64,000 bases of DNA from assembly GCA_963771355.1 (NCBI GenBank), contig CAVYTA010000002.1, forward strand, positions 32,001-96,000, in the 5' to 3' direction. The notes under the pieces were generated by a model. The model was given only the letters and a program-made list of their open reading frames with translations. It did not search any database and was not told the DNA's origin. The position numbers and the translations under genes are program-made. Positions 1 through 8,729 of this stretch are shown in pieces. This stretch comes from an uncultured Candidatus Rokubacteria bacterium (lineage in GTDB: Bacteria; Methylomirabilota; Methylomirabilia; Rokubacteriales; CSP1-6). Each line of letters opens with the position of its first letter. Position 1 is the stretch's first letter.

Positions 1-673
1 TCGGGGAACATGAAGTAGGGCTCGGCGAACTTGTAGCGCACCGTGTAGGTGTCGACCTTCTCGATCACGCCCTGCTTGCCGTTGATGGCCAGGGTCGCCG
101 ACGGCGTCGGCACGAGGTCCTTGTTCCGGTAGATGTCCTCGAACCAGAACACGAAGTCGTCGGCGGTGAACGGCTTGCCGTCGCTCCACTTCATGCCGCG
201 ACGCAGGTGCACCAGCCACGCCTTGCCGCCGTCCTGCATCTCGAGGCCCCGGGCGAGGTTCGGCATCACCTTGTCGCCCGTGTAGTCCCAGAACATCAGA
301 TGGTCCGGCCCCGAGCAGCATCGGAAGCCATTCCAGAAGTCCGCGGGGCCGGTGAAGCCCGGCGCGCCACGTGCCGCCGTACTTGCCGATCTCGACGCAG
401 CGGCTTGATGACGAGCGGGTCCTGCCCGATCCGCTCGGCCACGGGCGGGAGCTTGCCGGCCTTGACCAGCTCGGCGAGCTGAGGGGCTTCCTTGAAGGCC
501 TTGGGCCACTTCGCCTGGTCGGTGACGACCTCCGGTCCTTCCAGCTTGCCGATGAGGCCGCTCTTGGCCATCTGGGCCAGGGCCCCCGCGGCAACCCCGA
601 TGGTGAGTAGCCCCACCACGAGGGCAATCATGTAGCGGGACCGTCGCTCGCGTCGTCCGCGGCGTTCGCCCAA
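1..673 (-). CDS. ABC transporter substrate-binding protein, family 5 (peptide/nickel type); 5' part only, runs off window start, frameshifted
   Basis: Signal-peptide-like N-terminus, then EAPQLAELVKAGKLPPVAER. After indels near 290-400 the reading continues with motifs EIGKYGG, LRRGMKWSDGKPFTADD and VIEKVDTYTVRYKF, typical of SBP_bac_5. Start codon uncertain (631-683). Confidence 0.8.
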
Positions 674-1012
674 GGTCGGTCATGACGCGTCCCCCCATTT
701 GCCGCTTGCCCTTGCCGTCCGTGCGCGTGCTGGCCGCGGCCCCGTTGCCCCGGCCCCGCCACCCTGCCCGACCCGTGACCTGTATGTTGGGGGGGATACT
801 GACCCGGCGGGGGCACCTCGTCAAGCGGCTGTCGGAGCCGTGCCGAGATGCGCCCCGCTAGTCTCCAGGATGGCGCTGCGGGCACCTGAGCCGCGGGCTC
901 GGCCGTCAACGTGCCGATACGCACCTGCCACCGCCGTGCCGTACTGCGAGTCGGTCGAAGCCGCCCAACGCTCGTTCGCGCTCGCCAAGTGGCTCCCCGC
1001 CGGACCAGCAGA

Positions 1013-2734
1013 TCAGCGCTGTTGGCGTGGAGACCGCAGGAGCCAGTCGATGATCGCGGAGGGATCCCGCTCCGGACGGGGCTCTTGACTGGAGGCACCG
1101 CTCTCCGGCACAGGCCTGAGCGGGACACCGGACGTCGCCTCCACGCGCTCCGCGGGCGCCGCCGGCGGGGGCGTGACCGTCGCGGGTGCCGGCGGGGACG
1201 CGACCGTTGCGGGCGCTGGCAGCGGGGGCGTGACTGTCGCGGGTGCTGGCGGGGGCGCGACCGTTGCGGGCGCCGACAGCGGGGGCGTGACCGTCGCGGG
1301 TCGCTGCCGGCGGGGGCGCGACCGTCGCGGGCGCGGGCGGGGACGTGACCGGCGGGGGCGCCGGCGGCGGGGGCGTGACCGGCGGGGGCGCGACACTCGC
1401 TAACTCTGTCGGGGGCCTGACCCTCACGGGCGTTGGCCCGGGCGTGACCCGGACGAGAGGCGTGCCCTGAGCGCTTCCCGCTATCGAGGGTGGCGGGGTC
1501 CCGGTCGCCGGTAGTGCCGGATCGGGCGGTGTGGCTCGGGGCGTCACCGAAATCCCCTCCGGCGTCACGCCGGCGGGCTCTTGAAGGCCGGTTCATTCCG
1601 AGGAATCGGTTCGCTGCGAGGAGGCGGCGGTGTGATCGGCGTCCTGACGGCGACTTCCGCCGATCGACCGACTGGCGCCGGCGCGGGGGCTCTCGGCGCC
1701 CGGGTTGGCGGGGTCCGGCGAACCGGACCTTGAATCGCGATCGGCTCCGGCGGCGGGGCCGTCGCAAGGTGCCAGGAGACCCAGGCGCCGAGCGCGATGA
1801 CCCCCACGACCAGCGTGACCAGGGCGCCTATGCCCACCATCCGCCACGGCGCCCGCCGCCGCGCCCGCGGCTGCACGGCGGATGCTGAGTCCCGGTCCGT
1901 GGGGCCTGGCCGCTCCGCCACCCGATAGAGCTCCACCCACAGCGCGTTGGCCACGGAACCCATATCAGGGGCTCGTGACTCAGGCGACCTGGCGAGGGCC
2001 TGCATCACGAGCTCTTTGACGGCCGCGGGCACCTCGGGACCGAGCTGCCGCTCGGGGCGCGCGCTGGAGCCTTCGCTCGGGGGCTGCACCGCGCCGGTGA
2101 GCATCTGCACGAGGAGCAGGCCCAGGGCCTGGATGTCCGCCTGCTCGGTCAGCCCTCCAGCAGGCTCCGCCGTCTCAAGGCGCGCGACCTCGAATCCCAT
2201 GAGCTTGACCGTGTTGTCCGCGCCGACCAGCACGTCCTCGGCGTCAAGCGCGCCGTGGACCAGCGCGAGATTGTGGGCGGCCTGGAGGCCGTCGGCGATC
2301 TCGAAGGCCAGGCGCAGCGCGCGCTCGACGGGCAGCGCCCCCCCCTGGTCAATCACATCAGCCAGGCTTTGCCCGGCGAGGGGCTCCAGCACCAGGAAGG
2401 CGCGGTCGCTCGCCGTGCGGTCGAAGTCGTGCACGATGGCCACGTTGGGTCGGATCCGGGCGACGGCGCGCGTGACCGACAGCTCGTCCCGGACGCGGCG
2501 GACCTGATCGTCATCGAGCTCGATGCCGATGGGCAGGAGCTTGATGGTCACCGCCGCTCCCGTCTCCCCGTCCTGCGCGATGTACAGATTCCCCGATGGC
2601 CCCGTGGCAAGCCGCCGCGACACCTTGTACCGCGCCTTGATCGCCTGGCCGATCCAGGGATCCCTCTGGCCGTCGGCGCGGACCGGGGATCCCGGGTCGG
2701 CCCCGGGGAACGCAACTGGCTTTGCGTGCTCCAT
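1013..2734 (-). CDS. Membrane-anchored Ser/Thr kinase-like protein (probable pseudokinase) with Pro-rich repeat tail; split by frameshifts near 1565 and 1310
   Basis: GAGGAGG RBS before ATG 2734. Kinase-fold motifs RYKVSRRL, VTIK, FLVLE, HGAL, ADIQALG. Hydrophobic helix VGIGALVTLVVGVIALGAW. Pro/Ala/Thr-rich sequence continues in ORFs 906-1568 and 1013-1396 and ends DPSAIIDWLLRSPRQQR. Confidence 0.75.
1160..1395 (-). repeat. Coding tandem repeats of about 27-30 bp encoding PAPATV(T/A)PPP-like units
   Basis: Variants of gggggcg(t/c)gaccgt(c/t)gcggg recur about 7-8 times. Confidence 0.85.
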
Positions 2735-2907
2735 ATCCCAGACCTCCTCGGCGTGCCGACGGGGCACGCCGAGCCGAGCGGAAACTACCTGGAAACCATG
2801 TCCCTGACTGCGTCCATCGCGGGGTCCAGCCCTCCGGGGCGATATTGCGGGGCCCCGGGGGGCTCTACGCTAGCACAAGCACGCCCGTTCAGACGGCCGA
2901 ACTCGGG

Positions 2908-3345
2908 CTAAAGCCGATCGCCGCCAACGCTGGTACCGCCCTCCTCGACCGCCACCCGCGACCGCCCGTCCACGTGGCGTACGCTCACGCAGACATCGCC
3001 CGAGAAGAGGAGCCGTAGCTCGCCGCCGGCGGGGACGTCGGCGGTGGTGACCTTGACGAGCCGCTGGCCCACGAGGCCGTGGACGGCGCCCAGATCCGTC
3101 AGCGTGTAGTGATGGCGGTCCTGGTCGGGGCTGTCGAGCGAGTCGACCATCTGCCAGAACACCACCCCCGCTTCGATGAAGATCCGGTGCCACGGACCCT
3201 CGGCCAGGCGCAGGAAGAGCACGTTGGCCTCGTTGACGAGCTGCCCCCGGTAGTAGTGCGCCTGGAGTAGCAGCGCGTGGCAGACCTGGCCGGTGACCTC
3301 GGGAGGCGCGTCGCGATAGACGAGCATGGCGGCCGCCCGGCTCAC
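2908..3345 (-). CDS. Hypothetical protein
   Basis: 145-aa ORF with genome-like codon use. GTG start overlaps the stop of the upstream MFS gene; alternative ATG near 3328. No recognisable motif. Confidence 0.65.
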   Translation of the reverse strand: MSRAAAMLVYRDAPPEVTGQVCHALLLQAHYYRGQLVNEANVLFLRLAEGPWHRIFIEAGVVFWQMVDSLDSPDQDRHHYTLTDLGAVHGLVGQRLVKVTTADVPAGGELRLLFSGDVCVSVRHVDGRSRVAVEEGGTSVGGDRL

Positions 3346-4592
3346 GCGCGCGGGCCCGTCGCCCGCGGCGCCGCGACGGCCGCGCGGTCGCCGGCGAGGT
3401 CGGCGGGGCGCAGCGCGACGAACGCGATGGCGCCGGCGACGAGCACGAGCGTCACGTGTCCGAAGGCCAGTCCCCAGCCGAGCACGCTGGCGCCGCCGAA
3501 GAGGTCGAGGGTCACGCCCAGCGCGAGGGGCCCGACGAAGCCGCCGGCATAGCCGAGCGTCGAGTGCACGGCGAGGGTGGCCCCGCGCCGGCCCGGCGCG
3601 GCGCTGCCCGCGCTGCCCGCGGTGAGGGAGGACGAGTCCGACCAGATCAGCAGGGCGTAGACCAGCACCAGCGCCGCGGTTGCCCCGTACGGGAGCGCGG
3701 CGCCGAAGCCGACGACCCCCGCCATCGCCGCCGAGACGAGCATGGTGCCCAGGATGAACCGCCGGCGCCCGAACCGGATGGAGAGCTCATTGCCCCAGAC
3801 GCTCGCCCACACGCCCACCAGCCCCATCACGCTCGCCACGGTGGCGGGGGCCAGCGGGACCCAGGCGCCGTCACTCCGAAGCGCGGCGAACGTCAGGAAG
3901 GCGACCACCCAGGCCCGTAGCGCGGACATCTCCCAGGTGTGCACGCAATAGGCGAGGGAGTAGGCCAGCGCCGAGCGGTTCCGGAGCACCGGACGGAAGT
4001 CGAGCAGCCCGGGCCGCGGCCCGGCCGACGGACGCGGCGCACGGCCCGGGAGGCCGATCAGAACGAACAGGAAGGCCAGTGCCGCGCCCAGCGCGCCCGG
4101 GACCAGCGCCCAGCGCCAGCCGAGCCATGCGTTCACCGCCCCCGCCACGCCGAACGAGAGCGCCGCGCTGACGCCGACGGCGGCGGCATGGGCGGCCACC
4201 GCGCGCGATTGCCCCGGGCCCTCGGTGAGGTCGCTGAGCGCTTTGAGCCCGGGCATGTAGCTGCCCGCCCAGCCGATGCCCATCAGGGCGCGGAACGCCA
4301 GCGCGGACCAGAACCCCGTGGCCATCCAGGCGAAGCCGGCGAAGGCCAGCGCGGTCAATGCGACCGATGCGAGATAGATGCGCTTGGCGTCCACCCGATC
4401 GGTCAGCGACGAGAGCAGCGGCACCACGAGGGTATAGGCCGCGTAGTAAATGCCGCTGATCCAGCCGGCCTCGGTGTTGGTGAGGCCCCAGGCGGGAATC
4501 AGCGTCGGGATGAGGGCGGCGACGCCGAACGCGCCGATCTGGGCGCAGGCCTGCGCCGCGCACATCGCCACCACCTCCCGGCGCATCGTCAC
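3342..4592 (-). CDS. MFS transporter
   Basis: About 12 hydrophobic segments; motif A-like SLTDRVDAKR and SIRFGRRR. Start overlaps the arsN stop. Confidence 0.9.
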   Translation of the reverse strand: MTMRREVVAMCAAQACAQIGAFGVAALIPTLIPAWGLTNTEAGWISGIYYAAYTLVVPLLSSLTDRVDAKRIYLASVALTALAFAGFAWMATGFWSALAFRALMGIGWAGSYMPGLKALSDLTEGPGQSRAVAAHAAAVGVSAALSFGVAGAVNAWLGWRWALVPGALGAALAFLFVLIGLPGRAPRPSAGPRPGLLDFRPVLRNRSALAYSLAYCVHTWEMSALRAWVVAFLTFAALRSDGAWVPLAPATVASVMGLVGVWASVWGNELSIRFGRRRFILGTMLVSAAMAGVVGFGAALPYGATAALVLVYALLIWSDSSSLTAGSAGSAAPGRRGATLAVHSTLGYAGGFVGPLALGVTLDLFGGASVLGWGLAFGHVTLVLVAGAIAFVALRPADLAGDRAAVAAPRATGPRA

Positions 4593-5107
4593 GCGGGGTC
4601 GGCCTCATCGAGCATCCGCTCCACGATCACGCAGTCGCGCCAGGCTCCCTCGAGCTTGCCGTGGCGCCGGTACACGCCCACCACGCGGAACCCGCAGCGC
4701 TCGTGCAGCGCGAGGCTCGGGGTGTTCTCGGGAAAGATCCGGGACACGAGCTTCCAGAACCCGCGCGCCGCATAGGCGCGGCACAGCGCTTCGAGCGCCG
4801 CCCGGCCCGCGCCCATCCCCCGCGCCGAGCGCGCCACGTACACCGAGTGCTCGGCGACGCCGGCATAGGCCGGCCGGCTCCGGTAGGGGCCCGCCGAGGC
4901 CCAGGCCACGATCTGCCCCTCGCGCTCGGCGACCACGGTGGGAAACCGGTCGCCCTTGTCCCGGAGCTGCGCCTCGAGCTGCGCCTCCGTGCGCGGCTCG
5001 GTCTCGAAGGTCGCGACGCGATCGGCGATGCCCTCGTTGTAGATGGCCGCGATCGCCGGCGCGTCCGCCGGCGTCGCCAGCCGCGTGCTGATCGGGCCGC
5101 TCGCCAT
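4589..5107 (-). CDS. arsN1: GNAT N-acetyltransferase, phosphinothricin/arsinothricin (ArsN1) family
   Basis: IAAIYNEGIADRVATFETEP, AEHSVYV, RGMGAG acetyl-CoA motif, IFPENTPSLALHERCGF, HGKLEGAWRD. Divergent from arsR. Confidence 0.8.
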   Translation of the reverse strand: MASGPISTRLATPADAPAIAAIYNEGIADRVATFETEPRTEAQLEAQLRDKGDRFPTVVAEREGQIVAWASAGPYRSRPAYAGVAEHSVYVARSARGMGAGRAALEALCRAYAARGFWKLVSRIFPENTPSLALHERCGFRVVGVYRRHGKLEGAWRDCVIVERMLDEADPA

Positions 5108-5130
5108 CGCGTGAGTATCCCAGGGGCGGC

Positions 5131-5158
5131 TTGACAGATCAACCGAGTTTGATATGTT
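5131..5158 (+). promoter_or_regulatory. Sigma70-type promoter of the arsR operon
   Basis: TTGACA at 5131-5136 and extended -10 TGa-TATGTT at 5150-5158, ending 6 nt before the arsR GTG. Confidence 0.75.
5138..5153. promoter_or_regulatory. ArsR operator, ATCAA-N6-TTGAT inverted repeat
   Basis: ATCAA-CCGAGT-TTGAT lies between the -35 and -10 of arsR and matches the known ArsR/SmtB-family operator pattern. Confidence 0.8.
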
Positions 5159-5164
5159 CGGCCG

Positions 5165-5494
5165 GTGCCCACCGCCGCCGCCCGGGAGGCCACGCACGCG
5201 CAGCGCTGCTTCCATGCGCTCAGCGACGAGACGCGGCTCCGGCTCCTCGACCTGCTCCGCGCCGGCGAGCAGTGCGTGTGCGACCTCACCGACTCCCTGG
5301 ACACCGGACAATCTCGGTTGTCTTTCCATCTGAAGGTCTTGAAGGACGCCGGCCTCGTCACCGATCGTCGCGAGGGCCGCTGGGTGTACTACGCCCTGGA
5401 CCTGGCCGCGCTCGACGCGCTGGTGGACTTCCTCTCCGGGCTCCGGCCTCGACGCGGCGGGCTGCGTCTGGCGCCGCCCCGCCGCTGCGACTGA
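5165..5494 (+). CDS. arsR: ArsR family arsenic-sensing repressor
   Basis: FHALSDETRLRLL, CVCDL metal-binding box, QSRLSFHLKVLKDAGLV, REGRWVYY. Confidence 0.93.
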   Translation: MPTAAAREATHAQRCFHALSDETRLRLLDLLRAGEQCVCDLTDSLDTGQSRLSFHLKVLKDAGLVTDRREGRWVYYALDLAALDALVDFLSGLRPRRGGLRLAPPRRCD

Positions 5495-5917
5495 GTGACG
5501 CGACCGCGGGCGCTCGTCCTCTGCACGCATAACTCGGCGCGGAGCCAGATGGCCGAGGGGTTGCTGCGCCGGCTCGCGCCGGAGCGCTTCGAGGTCGAGA
5601 GCGCGGGCACCGAGGCCACCCGCGTCCATCCCCTGGCGATCGAGGTGATGCGGGAGATCGGCATCGACATCAGCGGGCACCGCTCGAAGACGCTCGACCG
5701 CTTCGTGGCCGAGCCCTGGGACTACGTGATCACGGTGTGCGACCAGGCGAACGAGCGCTGCCCGCTCTTTCCCGGCCGCACCCAGCGCGTCCACTGGAGC
5801 TTCGAGGATCCGTCCGCCGCGCCGGGCTCGGAGCCGGAGCGGCTCGCGGTCTTCCGCCGGGTGCGAGACGCCATCGACGCGCAGCTGCGCCGCTGGCTCG
5901 CCGAGGCCGACCGGTGA
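5495..5917 (+). CDS. arsC: Arsenate reductase, thioredoxin-coupled LMW-PTP type
   Basis: P-loop CTHNSARSQMAE, VITVCDQANERCP (three Cys in total), HWSFEDP. Confidence 0.92.
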   Translation: MTRPRALVLCTHNSARSQMAEGLLRRLAPERFEVESAGTEATRVHPLAIEVMREIGIDISGHRSKTLDRFVAEPWDYVITVCDQANERCPLFPGRTQRVHWSFEDPSAAPGSEPERLAVFRRVRDAIDAQLRRWLAEADR

Positions 5918-6627
5918 GTCCCGCCCCGTCGCTGGCCCGCCGGGTGACCGCGGAGGCGGTCGGCACCGCCTTCCTCCTGGCCGCGGTCGTGGGCTCCGGG
6001 ATCATGGGCGAGCGCCTCGCCGGCGGCAATACCGCCGTGGCCCTCCTCGCCAATACCGTCGCCACCGGTGCCGCCCTCGTCGCCCTCATCCTGACCTTCG
6101 GTCCGATCTCCGGCGCCCACTTCAATCCGGCCGTCACGCTGGCCGACGCCGCCCAGGGGGGGCGGTCCTGGCGCGACGTGCCCGCCTATCTCGGGGCGCA
6201 GGTCGCCGGCGCCTTCGCGGGGGTGGCCGCCGCGCACCTCATGTTCGGGGAGCGCCTCTTCTTCGCCTCGCGCCACGCGCGCGCGGGGGGCGCGCAGGTC
6301 TTCAGCGAGTTCGTGGCGACGTTCGGGCTCCTCATGGTCATCTGGGGCTGCGCGCGGCTCCGAGAGTCCGCGGTGCCCTTCGCGGTGGCCGCGTACATCA
6401 CCGCCGCTTACTGGTTCACCGCGTCCACGTCCTTCGCGAACCCCGCGGTGACCCTGGCGCGGGCGGCCAGCGACACCTTCGCCGGCATTCGCCCGCTCGA
6501 CGTCCCCGCGTTCATCGCCGCCCAGCTCGTCGGCGCCGCCGCGGCCACCGCGCTCTTCGCGTGGCTGGTTCCCGTCGCTCCGGAGGCGGAGTCTCCCGTC
6601 GTCCCCGACCGCCCCCGCCCGCCTTGA
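5914..6627 (+). CDS. MIP/aquaporin family channel (AqpS-like arsenite channel)
   Basis: Two NPA motifs (SGAHFNPAVT, SFANPAVT). GTG overlaps the arsC stop. Confidence 0.88.
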   Translation: MSPAPSLARRVTAEAVGTAFLLAAVVGSGIMGERLAGGNTAVALLANTVATGAALVALILTFGPISGAHFNPAVTLADAAQGGRSWRDVPAYLGAQVAGAFAGVAAAHLMFGERLFFASRHARAGGAQVFSEFVATFGLLMVIWGCARLRESAVPFAVAAYITAAYWFTASTSFANPAVTLARAASDTFAGIRPLDVPAFIAAQLVGAAAATALFAWLVPVAPEAESPVVPDRPRPP

Positions 6628-7883
6628 GCGACGGGCGGCCGGCGGAGCGGGAACCCGGAGCGTCCGCGTCCCGGCGACACTACGGCTGGGTCATCGTGGC
6701 CACCCTCTCCGTGACCGAGACGATCACGTGGGGCATCATCTTCTACGGGTTCCCGGTGTTCCTGCGTGCGATGGAGGGGGACCTCGGGGCCTCGCGGGTG
6801 GTGGTGACGGGCGCCTTCTCGCTGGGGCTCGGGGTCGCCGCGCTGGCCGGCGTGCCCGTGGGTCGCTGGCTCGATCGCCACGGCGCGCGGCTCCTGATGA
6901 CCCTGGGCTCCACTCTCGCCGCGGGCCTCACCTTGCTCTGGTCCATGGTCGAGACGCCGGCCGCGCTCTACGCGGTGTGGGCCTTGATGGGCATCGCCAT
7001 GGCTACCACGCTGTATGAGCCGGCCTTCGCCGCCGTGGTGCAGTGGTTTCCCACCGGCCGCGACCGGGCCCTCCTCACCGTGACCATCGCCGCCGGCTTC
7101 GCCAGCACGATCTTCATGCCCATCGAGGCCTGGCTGCTGGTGTCGGTGGGCTGGCGCCAGGCGCTGGTCATCCTCGCCGCCGTGCTGGCCGTCACCACCA
7201 TTCCCCTGCACGCCTTCCTGTTGCGGCCGCCGCCGCACCTTGCGGTCTCGCGCGGGGCGGGCGCGGCCGCCCCCGCGGCCACACCGGGCCTGTCCCTCGG
7301 CGCGGCCCTCCGCCACCCGATCTTCTGGATCCTCGCCGTAGCGTTCTTCATGAGCAACTTCGCGCATACCTCCGGGACCGTGCACCTCATTCCCTACCTG
7401 ATGCAGTACGGCTATTCCGCCGCCCTCGCCGCCGCCACGGTGGGATGGATCGGCGCCATGCAGGTGGGGGGACGCATCTTCTTCGTCCCGGTGGCCGCCT
7501 GGGTCGGACCGAGATGGGTGGTCCCGGGCCTGTTTCTGGCCCAGACGGCGGGGATGGGGTTGCTTCCGTTCATCGGCTGGCTGCCATCGGCCATTCCCAT
7601 CGTCGTCCTGCTGGGCGCCGCCAACGGCATGTCGACCCTGGCCCGGGCCAGCATCGTCTCGGACATCTTCGGCCGCCGCCACTACGGGAGCCTCAGCGGC
7701 GCCATCGCGCTCGGCGCCAACGGCGCGCGGGCGCTGGCGCCGATCGGCTCGTCCGTCCTCCTCCTGGGGCTCGAAAGCTACGAGCGCCTGTTCGGGATCC
7801 TGGCGGTGGCGCTGCTGCTGGTCAGCGTGATGGTGCTCCTCACCGACACGAGCGTGCGCCTCAGCGGGCGCGAGCCACGATGA
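6624..7883 (+). CDS. MFS transporter, possibly an ArsK-like arsenical efflux permease
   Basis: 12-TM pattern, GRWLDRHGAR motif A, TITWGIIFYGF, LYEPAFA, IAAGFASTIF. Probable TTG start overlaps the aquaporin stop. Confidence 0.8.
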   Translation: MSDGRPAEREPGASASRRHYGWVIVATLSVTETITWGIIFYGFPVFLRAMEGDLGASRVVVTGAFSLGLGVAALAGVPVGRWLDRHGARLLMTLGSTLAAGLTLLWSMVETPAALYAVWALMGIAMATTLYEPAFAAVVQWFPTGRDRALLTVTIAAGFASTIFMPIEAWLLVSVGWRQALVILAAVLAVTTIPLHAFLLRPPPHLAVSRGAGAAAPAATPGLSLGAALRHPIFWILAVAFFMSNFAHTSGTVHLIPYLMQYGYSAALAAATVGWIGAMQVGGRIFFVPVAAWVGPRWVVPGLFLAQTAGMGLLPFIGWLPSAIPIVVLLGAANGMSTLARASIVSDIFGRRHYGSLSGAIALGANGARALAPIGSSVLLLGLESYERLFGILAVALLLVSVMVLLTDTSVRLSGREPR

Positions 7884-8628
7884 AGAGCCGCCGGAAGGGG
7901 AAGAGCGTGCGCCCGTCGGCGCGCCGCGGGTAGGCGCGCGCCACCAGCGCGGCGTAGGCGGCCTCGAAGCCGCCGCGCTCGGGCTCGTCCAGCGCGTCGA
8001 GGAGCGGACGCAGCCAGGTGCCCTTGGTCCACTCCTTCACCGGATTGTCGCCCTCGAGCACCTGGAGATACTCCGTCTCCCACACGTCGAGCGCGGCCGC
8101 GTGCGGCGCCAGCACATCGTGGTAGACGGCGGGATCACCCACCGGCGAAGGCCGGAGCAGGGGCTCGAGCCGGGCGCGCCAGGGGCCGCCGCGCGCCGCC
8201 TCGGCAATGAGGGTATGCGAGGGCGCGGAGAAGTTGCGCGGCATCTGCACCGCGAGCACGCCGCCGGGAGCGAGCCCGCCCAGCAGCGCGGGGAACAGCC
8301 GCGCGTGGCCCTCGATCCAGTGCAGCGCCGCGTTCGAGTAGATGAGGTCCGCGGGGCGCGGCGGCCGCCAGCCGGCGAGGTCGGCCCGCTCCCACCGGAT
8401 CGCGGGCTCGGCCGCGGCGGCCTTGGCCAGCATCTCGGCGGAGGAATCCACGCCGGTGACGCGCGCCTCGGGCCAGCGCGCCTTGATGAGCCGGGTGACG
8501 TTTCCGGCGCCCGCGCCCAGGTCGTACACCTCGCCCGGCGCGTCGAGGTCCACGCGACCCAGGAGATCGACGGCGGGACGGAGGCGATGATCGGCGAACC
8601 GCAGATACTGCGCGGGATCCCAGGGCAC
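7861..8628 (-). CDS. tam: Trans-aconitate 2-methyltransferase
   Basis: WDPAQYLRFADHRLRPAVDLL, DLGAGAGN SAM motif, SNAALHW, LAVQMP, FPFRRLFIVA. Confidence 0.9.
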   Translation of the reverse strand: MPWDPAQYLRFADHRLRPAVDLLGRVDLDAPGEVYDLGAGAGNVTRLIKARWPEARVTGVDSSAEMLAKAAAAEPAIRWERADLAGWRPPRPADLIYSNAALHWIEGHARLFPALLGGLAPGGVLAVQMPRNFSAPSHTLIAEAARGGPWRARLEPLLRPSPVGDPAVYHDVLAPHAAALDVWETEYLQVLEGDNPVKEWTKGTWLRPLLDALDEPERGGFEAAYAALVARAYPRRADGRTLFPFRRLFIVARAR

Positions 8629-8680
8629 GGGGCGCTCCTCCTCGCACCATCCTAAAGCCTCGCCGGCGCTCGTAGCACTC

Positions 8681-8694
8681 GTATCAGATGATAC
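8681..8694. promoter_or_regulatory. Crp/NtcA-type binding site GTATCAGATGATAC upstream of hpaD
   Basis: Palindrome GTATCA-GA-TGATAC (GTA-N8-TAC), 23 nt upstream of CATGCT (8718-8723), which lies 6 nt before the ATG at 8730. Confidence 0.7.
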
Positions 8695-8729
8695 TGGCGC
8701 TCCGCGAAGGCCTCGGTCATGCTGAGCGC

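Noticed and set aside
684..1012. Long spacer upstream of the first SBP gene as a riboswitch
   Set aside because: No recognisable aptamer motif by eye; an Rfam scan would be needed.
1160..1395. Repeats as a CRISPR array
   Set aside because: Degenerate coding repeats without unique spacers and with no cas genes nearby. The 17393 and 49520 repeats also lack spacers.
7861..8628. Methyltransferase beside the ars operon as ArsM
   Set aside because: It has Tam-specific motifs, lacks the catalytic cysteines of ArsM, and is transcribed convergently.
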